Positions 9,208-16,882 of a stretch of DNA of 64,000 nt are shown here, one piece after another (position 1 is the stretch's first letter; each line of letters starts with the position of its first letter). Made by a program: the position numbers and the translations under genes. The notes below the pieces were generated by a model that was not told the DNA's origin, searched no databases, and saw nothing but the letters and a program-made list of their open reading frames with translations. The DNA is from Bacillota bacterium (lineage in GTDB: Bacteria; Bacillota; Clostridia; Lachnospirales; Lachnospiraceae). Location of the stretch: contig JAEZFK010000035.1 in NCBI GenBank assembly GCA_023437715.1, forward strand, positions 16,838 to 80,837, read 5' to 3'.

Positions 9208-9990
9208 TTGTCAACTGTAATTGCTATTACAAATCAAAAAGGCGGCGTAGGCAAAACTACCACTTCCTGCTCTCTTGCCTGCGGTCTGGCCATGAATCAT
9301 AAAAGAGTTTTGGCAGTTGATTTAGACCCGCAGGGGAATCTGGGCTTCAGCCTTGGACTGGAAATCGAATCATGCGCTACCATTTATGAAGTTTTTAAGG
9401 GAACCGCCACATTGCAGGAAGCAATCCGGCCTGCAAAGCATTGTGATGTCATCTCATCCAACATCCTCTTAAGCGGTGCTGAGCTGGAATTCACGGGAAA
9501 ACAACGGGAATGTATGCTGAAAAACCTGCTCTCCACCGTAGCCGGATATTATGACTATATTATTATTGACACTCCTCCTGCCTTAAATATCCTGACCGTC
9601 AACGCCTATGCGGCTGCAGATTACTTAATCATTCCAATGGTTCCGGAAATCTTAAGCCTGTTAGGGGTATCCCAGATCAAGGAGACCATCAATACTGTCC
9701 GTGCAACCGTGAATCCTAATCTTGTGGTTTTAGGAATTCTGCTCAATAAATATAATACCAGAACACTCCTTTCCAGAGAAGTAAAGGACATGGCACAGAA
9801 CATTGCTTCTCAAATCGGTACCAGAGTATTCGATACATATATCCGCTCCAGTGTCAGCGTGGCGGAGGCTCCTGCCCAAGGGGAAAATCTTCTGGACTAT
9901 GCTCCCCGCTCCAATCCGGCCATAGATTATAAAAATCTGGTCTCTGAGGTAGTGGAACTGATCAGACAACGTTCGAATCAACTATCTTGA
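9208..9990 (+). CDS. ParA/Soj-family ATPase (orphan, no parB)
   Basis: Deviant Walker A NQKGGVGKTT, DLDPQGN, IIDTPP, AEAP; TTG start after GGAGGA. Confidence 0.92.
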   Translation: MSTVIAITNQKGGVGKTTTSCSLACGLAMNHKRVLAVDLDPQGNLGFSLGLEIESCATIYEVFKGTATLQEAIRPAKHCDVISSNILLSGAELEFTGKQRECMLKNLLSTVAGYYDYIIIDTPPALNILTVNAYAAADYLIIPMVPEILSLLGVSQIKETINTVRATVNPNLVVLGILLNKYNTRTLLSREVKDMAQNIASQIGTRVFDTYIRSSVSVAEAPAQGENLLDYAPRSNPAIDYKNLVSEVVELIRQRSNQLS

Positions 9991-10005
9991 AAGGAGTTTT
10001 AAACC

Positions 10006-11001
10006 ATGGCTAGGAAAAGCAGCAAAACAGCTCATGTCATGAACTTACTGGCCGGCAATGAGGCCGATGCCTCAAAAACGGAAGCAGCAAAGGAAAATAT
10101 TTCAGCCAGACAGACCTCGGATACCACCAATACCATCAAGGAGCTTACGGTCCTTGCACAGCAGGCATCCATACAGACACAGGATAGCCCCTTATCCCCA
10201 TCTCCCATATCCATCATTAATATGTCCTCCTCTGTCCCGGACCCGGTTGCAGAACGGATTAAACAGCAGCTGGAAGAGGAGGAAAAGGCAGAATGGGATC
10301 AAATGCATTCTTCTGAAGAAAGGATTTTACAGGGAATGGCTTTAAGTCCAGAGCCGTGGCAATCCGATGACTTGTCGGCAGCATCGACCCAGACTACAGC
10401 TTCACAGACGGAATCTGCGCAGGCGGAAGTAATACAGACTGCAGCCTCACAGACAGAACCCGTACAGCCCAATTTCCCACAGACAGAATCCACACAGATC
10501 GAAATCTCACAGACGGAGCCAATGCAGACGAAAACCTCACAGACAAAACCAACACAAATTGATATTTCACAGGAAGAACCAATGCAGACGAAAAACGCAC
10601 AGGAAGAACCCATACAGACTGCTTCCTCACAGACAAAATCAGAGCAGGCTACTGACTCACAGACAGAAGCTTTACAAACGCCCCCCCTGCAACCGAATTC
10701 TACGCAAGGGGAACCGCAGCCGCTTCTTTCCCAGCCTGCCTATCAGTACTTAAACATTATGGAGCACGTGGTAAACATCAAGGTGGAGGAATACATGCAG
10801 AAATTTGACGTATGTACCTGTGGCCGCTGTATTGCCGACGTCAAGGCGCTGGCCCTTACTCATCTGCCTGCCAAATACATTGTTGTGGAGCCGCCGGCCG
10901 TCTCCCCGCTTTTAAACTTTTATTCCAATAAATTTTCTCAGCAGGTAATTGTAGAGCTGACAAAGGCATGTTCCATTGTAAAAGAAAACCCACACCATTA
11001 G
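10006..11001 (+). CDS. ComFB-domain protein with basic N-terminal peptide and repetitive linker
   Basis: C-terminal NIME..V...CTCGRCIADVKALALTHLPAKY...V.ENPHH is the ComFB signature. Confidence 0.85.
   Translation: MARKSSKTAHVMNLLAGNEADASKTEAAKENISARQTSDTTNTIKELTVLAQQASIQTQDSPLSPSPISIINMSSSVPDPVAERIKQQLEEEEKAEWDQMHSSEERILQGMALSPEPWQSDDLSAASTQTTASQTESAQAEVIQTAASQTEPVQPNFPQTESTQIEISQTEPMQTKTSQTKPTQIDISQEEPMQTKNAQEEPIQTASSQTKSEQATDSQTEALQTPPLQPNSTQGEPQPLLSQPAYQYLNIMEHVVNIKVEEYMQKFDVCTCGRCIADVKALALTHLPAKYIVVEPPAVSPLLNFYSNKFSQQVIVELTKACSIVKENPHH
10390..10719 (+). repeat. 22 degenerate 15-bp (Q-x4) tandem coding repeats
   Basis: QTTAS QTESA QAEVI QTAAS QTEPV ... QPNST QGEPQ; CAG/CAA every 15 bp. 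Confidence 0.9.
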
Positions 11002-11014
11002 GCGTGGGTTTTTT
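10985..11014. terminator. Bidirectional terminator-like hairpin spanning two convergent stop codons
   Basis: AAAACCCAC-N10-GTGGGTTTT with T tracts on both strands. Confidence 0.6.
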
Positions 11015-12275
11015 CATCCTCTGTTTTTTCTTGCCTCATGCTGTCCGTGATGCCGTTCCATATCTCATTAACGGCTTCCATGCAGTCCATATAGGTCTGT
11101 GCCATCAGAGCGGACGGAATTCCAAGTTCATCGGAAAAGGCCTTTACGTTCTTCCAGTCCGCCTTCTCATAGCTTAGGATCAGTTTGTAGAGGGTTCCGC
11201 AGATGCCCTCCTGTCTGAGCAGCGCATCCTTGATCTCCTGGGCTACCGGAATTTCCTCCAATATTTCAGCTAAAGGAGCGTCAATCATAAGCTGAAGGGT
11301 GGAGAACATTCCCAGCATGTAGACCTCGGACCGGATGATGGGAAGATTCTCCACATGATCACTTAAAGCCATTGCAAAATTCGCCCTCATGAAAGACATC
11401 TTCATTACAGCTTCCGTGGATTCATCGGTTTCGAAATCACTGTTAAAGCTCAGTAAATATACCCATTGTTTCAGCTGGCTGATTCCCATGGTTATCAGAG
11501 CCTGGCGAATGGAGGAAACTCTCCGGCGCAGGGCAAAGTAGGCGGAATTTACGATTTTGAGAAGCGCATAGCTTAAGGCTGCATCCCGGCTTATAACTTC
11601 TTCAATCCGCTCGATATTAGGCTCATCCTGGGACACCTCAACCACAAGCTGGAAGAAGTTTCCTTCCAGAAATTCCATGCGGTTTACCTTTTTAGCCATG
11701 GCCTCCGCCACATAGCTTCCTTCTGCAAAGTCGGCGCCTATTTCCAAAGCCAGGCCATAATCTTCTTTGGTGTTTACTCCGGTCACAATACACTTTTTAT
11801 CAAAGCCCTTCATGGTGTTGATTAAGTTGACCAGGGAAACTTTGTCTCTTCCCTCATGCTTGTTGCTGATATCCACCTTTACGTACGACACATAATCCAG
11901 CATGGCAAAATATTTGGGAGAGAACTGAAAATCATTGATAGCAAATATATATCCTTCTGAACAGTATCTTTTTATTACGGTAGGAGACAAAGGATGGACC
12001 ATCACATGATCCTCGATCTGGATGATCATCTTTTCCTTGTCAAAAATCTTTGGCGTATTCCGAAACAGCAGGGAGGGAGTAAATGTGACAAACGTCAGCT
12101 TATCATGGAAAATGTTTTCTGTATTCTGCATCAGAAAACCGGCGATGGTATCCGCCGCCGCTACATCCGAACTGCTGTAAAGGGCATCGTAATCCTTCTG
12201 GAATAATATCTCATAGCCAATGATTTTGTCCTCTTTCAGCGCCTTGATAGGCTGCCGGGTGACATACTTATCCAT
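10998..12275 (-). CDS. EAL-HDOD domain protein (YuxH/PdeH-like), EAL domain degenerate
   Basis: RQPI...GYEILF; HDOD ISRDAALSYALLKIVNSAYF...SIRQA; YMLGMFS. Confidence 0.9.
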   Translation of the reverse strand: MDKYVTRQPIKALKEDKIIGYEILFQKDYDALYSSSDVAAADTIAGFLMQNTENIFHDKLTFVTFTPSLLFRNTPKIFDKEKMIIQIEDHVMVHPLSPTVIKRYCSEGYIFAINDFQFSPKYFAMLDYVSYVKVDISNKHEGRDKVSLVNLINTMKGFDKKCIVTGVNTKEDYGLALEIGADFAEGSYVAEAMAKKVNRMEFLEGNFFQLVVEVSQDEPNIERIEEVISRDAALSYALLKIVNSAYFALRRRVSSIRQALITMGISQLKQWVYLLSFNSDFETDESTEAVMKMSFMRANFAMALSDHVENLPIIRSEVYMLGMFSTLQLMIDAPLAEILEEIPVAQEIKDALLRQEGICGTLYKLILSYEKADWKNVKAFSDELGIPSALMAQTYMDCMEAVNEIWNGITDSMRQEKTEDEKTHA

Positions 12276-13188
12276 TCTTTACCCTCCTCTGGAGCAGATG
12301 ATCGATCACTTCCACCAGATGGCCGATTTCAGGCTTGCTTAACTGCTCATCCGCACCAAGCTGTTTTCCTTTAACCATCAATTCCTGATTAATCATGGAA
12401 GAGAAAATAATCAGAGGAATGTGCTGTAACTTTTTATCCTCTTTCACCAGCTTCGTCAGACGATGCCCATCCATCTCCGGCATCTCAATGTCCGTAATGA
12501 TGAGGCTTACCTTTTTATCCAGGTCAGAATCATCCCGGATGGTCTTTAAGTAATCCCAGGCCTCCTGTCCGTTGTTCTTAAACGTCAGGTTCTCATAGCC
12601 TGCCTTTCTAAGAGCCGCCTCAATCATCTTCGCCAGGAGAATGGAGTCTTCTGCAATGACGATAGGATTATCCTTTCTTTCCCTGTGTCCAAGGCGGCTG
12701 ATCTCGTCCAGCTGAATCCCTGTTTCAGGAGCGATATCCGCCACGATCTTTTCGAAATCCAGAATGGTGACCAGATCTTCGCCGCACTGGGCGATTCCCG
12801 TTGCCACACCTTCCTCGCCACGGCTGATGGTATCATCCGGCTTTTGTATGCTCTTCCAGGAAATGCGGCTGATTCCCACTACGCTGTGAACACGGAACGC
12901 GATGTGAAGCTTGTTGAAGTTCGTTACGATGAATAAGTCTTTCGCCTGTCTTTCCGTCGTCTTTCCGGTCAAATAGTAGGGAAGATCAATCACCGTAAGA
13001 AGAATATCCCTGGGTTTGAAAATACCTTCCACCGCCGGGTGGGCGTGAGGGATAGGCTTTACCTTATCTGACATCATGATCTCACGCACTTTTGCCACGT
13101 TAATCCCGTACAATTCGCCGTAAATGGTGAATTCCATTATCTCAATCTCATTGGTCCCTGATTCTAACAAAATCTCTGTTTCTGCCAT
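12268..13188 (-). CDS. cheV: Chemotaxis protein CheV
   Basis: ILLESGTNEIE, YGINVAKVREI CheW domain plus receiver ITDIEMPEMDG. Confidence 0.97.
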   Translation of the reverse strand: MAETEILLESGTNEIEIMEFTIYGELYGINVAKVREIMMSDKVKPIPHAHPAVEGIFKPRDILLTVIDLPYYLTGKTTERQAKDLFIVTNFNKLHIAFRVHSVVGISRISWKSIQKPDDTISRGEEGVATGIAQCGEDLVTILDFEKIVADIAPETGIQLDEISRLGHRERKDNPIVIAEDSILLAKMIEAALRKAGYENLTFKNNGQEAWDYLKTIRDDSDLDKKVSLIITDIEMPEMDGHRLTKLVKEDKKLQHIPLIIFSSMINQELMVKGKQLGADEQLSKPEIGHLVEVIDHLLQRRVKNG

Positions 13189-13271
13189 AATTCCTCTCCT
13201 TTATCCCAATATAATCCGGCAAAAACATCCGCCTGTTAAAACATCGACACATTTCTGCCATTTCATAATGT

Positions 13272-13754
13272 TTACAAAACAATTTCCGCTCTGCCATAGG
13301 TCCGAATTTTTACGGCCCCCGTACTTACATCAAAGCTCATGGTGCGTGCGTAATTTTCCCCCACATCCGCAGAAGCAAGGCGGACTCCTTCTGAATACAG
13401 AATCTGTTTTACACTGGTGACGTTGCGGGCTCCAATGTTACCCAGCGCACTGCTTCCCTGAGATTCAAACATTTTAGCCCCCCCGGCTATCTTTGCGATC
13501 AGTCTGGCTTTCCTTGCTCCCATTATTTCAATTTTGCGGAAAGTTTCCGCAAGCCCGGTGTCTGCATATTTAAATACATTGCCGTCTCCCAATCCATATA
13601 CCTCAGGAAGCATGATATGAATGAGAGCACCAAGCTTTATCATGGGATCATACAGGCTGATTCCAACACAGGAGCCAAGCGCATAGGTAATAAGAGTTCC
13701 TTCCTGCCTGGCAAATTTCATGTCCGCAATTCCGACCGTCAGTTGTTTATCCAT
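13272..13754 (-). CDS. cheD: Chemoreceptor glutamine deamidase CheD
   Basis: LGSCVG, HIMLP, KYADTG, AKIAGGAKMF, IGARN. Confidence 0.97.
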   Translation of the reverse strand: MDKQLTVGIADMKFARQEGTLITYALGSCVGISLYDPMIKLGALIHIMLPEVYGLGDGNVFKYADTGLAETFRKIEIMGARKARLIAKIAGGAKMFESQGSSALGNIGARNVTSVKQILYSEGVRLASADVGENYARTMSFDVSTGAVKIRTYGRAEIVL

Positions 13755-14373
13755 TCGCAATCCCCAGCTTTTCCATTAAAAAGTTTAATGACTGAATATC
13801 CGGCATCATAAGCAAATCACTTTGAAGAACCTTACCCCCTATCACAAATTGACCGCTGATCATCATCATCTTATCCGTCTGATAACCAAATTCCACCATG
13901 GGAACGCTTAAAATGCCTCCCAGCATGTTCACTGCTATGTCAGGCACCGATAAATTGATGGTCACGTCGCTGAGGGTGGACATAGCATTCACGTAGGAGG
14001 AGATGATGATATTTCCGATTTCCTCCAGAGCAGATGTTTCCATTACGTTTAACTGGTAATAATCCTGGATTTCCTGCTGCATGACGCTGGAAAGGACTTC
14101 GTTAATAAAATCCAGTTTCAGAATGAACAGCATCAGCCCGTTGATTTCACCGGACATTTTCACCAGGATGGCAGCCACAATTTCTTCCGGATCCCCAAGA
14201 AATTTAATGGCCTCATTATAGCCCAGGATCTGGACATCAGGAAGGGTCATCCGCACCCCTTTTCCCAACAGGGAGGATAATGCGGTGGCGGCATTTCCGG
14301 TACCAATGCTGCCGATCTCACGGATTAAGTCCAGGCCTAATCCCTTCACTTCATCATAACGTGTTATTTTCAT
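13747..14373 (-). CDS. cheC: CheY-P phosphatase CheC
   Basis: EIGSIGTGNAATALS and SALEEIGNII; adjacent to cheD. Confidence 0.93.
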   Translation of the reverse strand: MKITRYDEVKGLGLDLIREIGSIGTGNAATALSSLLGKGVRMTLPDVQILGYNEAIKFLGDPEEIVAAILVKMSGEINGLMLFILKLDFINEVLSSVMQQEIQDYYQLNVMETSALEEIGNIIISSYVNAMSTLSDVTINLSVPDIAVNMLGGILSVPMVEFGYQTDKMMMISGQFVIGGKVLQSDLLMMPDIQSLNFLMEKLGIANG

Positions 14374-14408
14374 GATATCGCCCTCTTTCATCAGCGCCTG
14401 CGGCAGTT

Positions 14409-15179
14409 TTACCGCAGCTCGTTTATTTTCGCCTCGATTTCATCGGAAGTCTGGACCATTTTCAGCGCATAGGAATAAGCTCTCTGCGCTTCTATCATTC
14501 TGGTCATCTCCTGGGCAAAGTCCGTGCCGGATTCTTCCAGAGCTCCCTTTACTACCTTTGCATTTTCAAGCAGAATGGGGTCACCGTTTTTCGCAGTCAC
14601 ACCGAATTCGTTATCTCCCACACTCTCGATGCCGTCTCTTACGGCAAAGGTATATACGCCCACTGCATGGGGATCATGCTCGCCCTCTTCCAGTTCTTCT
14701 TCCTCTTCCTCTTCTTCCTCATCGGAGCCGGGATAGGTGGCAGGTTTTACGTCGTAGCTGATTTCTTCCTGATCCATATTAAGGACTCTTTTTCCGCTGG
14801 AATTTACCAGATAAAACTTGTCGCCTGCCTCGGAAAGCTGAAAGCCTCCGTCACGTGAATAGGTTATGGCTCCGGAAACCGGGTCCTTCAGCATGAAGAA
14901 TCCCTCTCCGTCAATGGCGTAATCGTCGTCCCGGCCTGTGGTGTTATAGCCCATAGGGCTCATATCGGTCTTCACCACATCCAGCTTTGTTCCGCTGCCC
15001 ATTTTGGCGGCGTCTCCGCTTTCAGAGCTTGTTGTGCGGGCATGGATTAAGTCGGCAAAGGTACCGTACTGGGCCTTATAGCCTACGGTATTCACATTGG
15101 CGATGTTGCTTGATACCACGTTCATCTTTGACTGCTGGGCCATGGCGCCCAGAGCTCCTATGTAAAATGACTGATTCAT
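14409..15179 (-). CDS. flgG: Flagellar rod protein (FlgG/FlhP type)
   Basis: NIANVNTVGYK, AIDGEGFF, YSRDGGF, LEESG...AQRAY. Confidence 0.85.
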   Translation of the reverse strand: MNQSFYIGALGAMAQQSKMNVVSSNIANVNTVGYKAQYGTFADLIHARTTSSESGDAAKMGSGTKLDVVKTDMSPMGYNTTGRDDDYAIDGEGFFMLKDPVSGAITYSRDGGFQLSEAGDKFYLVNSSGKRVLNMDQEEISYDVKPATYPGSDEEEEEEEEELEEGEHDPHAVGVYTFAVRDGIESVGDNEFGVTAKNGDPILLENAKVVKGALEESGTDFAQEMTRMIEAQRAYSYALKMVQTSDEIEAKINELR

Positions 15180-15193
15180 CTATGTTTCCTCCC

Positions 15194-15997
15194 TTATACT
15201 CTTCCTATGTCGGTGACGATCTTGCTCATGAGCTGATCATACATCCGAAGCACCTGAGCGGCGCTCTGGGATGCCCTCTGGCTGCTCATCATGGAGGTCA
15301 TTTCATCAATTGGATCAATGTTGGACCGCTCAATGGACTTCCACTGAATTCCGCCGTCTGTGGCTTTGGGATCGGCAGTTGAGGTAAATGTGCCGTTATC
15401 TCCCTTTACCAGCTGGGTGTAGTCCTCAAAATCCACAACTCCCAGCTTTCCCAGGAGAACCGGCTCCTCATCCTCCGTGCTTCCTCCGTCTTCATCAGTT
15501 TTGATGCCCTTGATGGGCTCCTCATAAATATTTCCGGATTTGTCCACGGTAAAATGGTCTGAGGTGAGCTCTATGGGATTTCCATCCTCATCCAGAACCC
15601 TGCCGATGGAGGAAAGGCAGAGATAGCCGTCGTCATCCACTTCAAAGGAACCGTTTCTTGTATAGAGACGGTTTCCATCCTTATCCTGAATCGCAAAAAA
15701 TCCAGGCTTTGTCAGGGCAAAATCCAGATTTCCTCCGGTTTCCTCCAGAGCTCCCTGGTCATAGCTGACCTCCGTGCTTCTGGCGGCACGGATCATGGAT
15801 GTTGATCCGATCTGTGCCGGACTGCTTTTATCCCTGTTACCGGTCCGGTAGAGCATTTCTTCCTTAAAGGTTGTGCTGACCATACGGTCCGACTTATATC
15901 CCGGAGTGCTGACATTGACCATATTATTGCCGATCACGTTCAAGTTCCGGTTTTGGTAGAGCATTCCTGATGCCAGATTATAGAATCCTTGAAACAT
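15194..15997 (-). CDS. flgF: Flagellar rod protein (FlgF/FlhO type)
   Basis: NNMVNVSTPGYK, ETGGNLDFAL, YTRNGSF, ERSNID. Confidence 0.8.
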   Translation of the reverse strand: MFQGFYNLASGMLYQNRNLNVIGNNMVNVSTPGYKSDRMVSTTFKEEMLYRTGNRDKSSPAQIGSTSMIRAARSTEVSYDQGALEETGGNLDFALTKPGFFAIQDKDGNRLYTRNGSFEVDDDGYLCLSSIGRVLDEDGNPIELTSDHFTVDKSGNIYEEPIKGIKTDEDGGSTEDEEPVLLGKLGVVDFEDYTQLVKGDNGTFTSTADPKATDGGIQWKSIERSNIDPIDEMTSMMSSQRASQSAAQVLRMYDQLMSKIVTDIGRV

Positions 15998-16066
15998 AGT
16001 TGTTTGCCCCTTTCTTATTTCCTGCCCACGTTTTATGGGCATATAGGTACACCCGCAGGGTGCTTC

Positions 16067-16882
16067 TTATTTCCCATTTATAAAATTGGTCAGATACAGT
16101 TTTAGCTTCTGAATTGCGTTGGAATGAATCTGAGAAATTCTCGGCTCACTGACATTCATGACCTGTGCAATCTCTTTCATATTTAATTCGTCCATATAGT
16201 ACAGCGAGATAACCTTTTGTTCGTTTTCTTTTAAATTATTTATGGCAGACACCAGAACTTCCTTAAATTCTTCCTGCAGGTAATGCTCTTCCGGCTGGTC
16301 ATTTTCATTTACCGACGGAAGCTGTACCGCTTTTTTATTTTCACTTCCTGCATCCAAGACCATGTCAAGAGAAATGACGCTGTAAACATTGGTCTTCCCC
16401 AGGGCTTCCTGGTATTTCTCCAGACTGACATTCATGTATTGGGCTGTTTCTGCCGGAGAGGGGAAGCGGCCCAGCCGGTTGCACAGTTCCATAACCGCAT
16501 TGTCCATTTCCTTGGCATTCTTCCTTACGCTTCTCGGAATCCAGTCCTGCTTCCTGGCCATATCAATAATCATTCCGCGGATCCTCTTGGAAATGTATGT
16601 TTCAAATTTCACATTCATTTCGGGATCAAATTTCTCAATTCCGCTCATGATGGTCAGCACGCCTTCATTGACAATGTCCTCTACCTGGGCAAAGCTTAAG
16701 TACACATCCCGCATCTGAATGGAAATGCTTTTGACCATGTACATATACCGCATCACCAGCTCATGCTTGATCCTCATGTCTTTTGTCCGCTTATATTTAA
16801 TTAGTAATTCTTCATTGGTATATTGGCTTAACTCCTGCTCCATTCCGACTAACACTGCCTTTCTGACACAATACCCTGTCAA
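16067..16882 (-). CDS. fliA: Flagellar sigma-28 factor FliA/SigD (true start probably near 16843)
   Basis: KFETYISKRIRGMIID..RKQDW.PRSVR; VSEPRISQIHSNAI.KL. Confidence 0.95.
   Translation of the reverse strand: MTGYCVRKAVLVGMEQELSQYTNEELLIKYKRTKDMRIKHELVMRYMYMVKSISIQMRDVYLSFAQVEDIVNEGVLTIMSGIEKFDPEMNVKFETYISKRIRGMIIDMARKQDWIPRSVRKNAKEMDNAVMELCNRLGRFPSPAETAQYMNVSLEKYQEALGKTNVYSVISLDMVLDAGSENKKAVQLPSVNENDQPEEHYLQEEFKEVLVSAINNLKENEQKVISLYYMDELNMKEIAQVMNVSEPRISQIHSNAIQKLKLYLTNFINGK

Noticed and set aside
9193..9990. Chromosome/plasmid partition locus, or FlhG
   Set aside because: No parB or parS noticed; Soj-like motifs and no MinD/FlhG-type C-terminal amphipathic helix or flhF neighbour
10390..10719. 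CRISPR-like array
   Set aside because: Degenerate in-frame 15-bp coding repeat without spacers or cas genes
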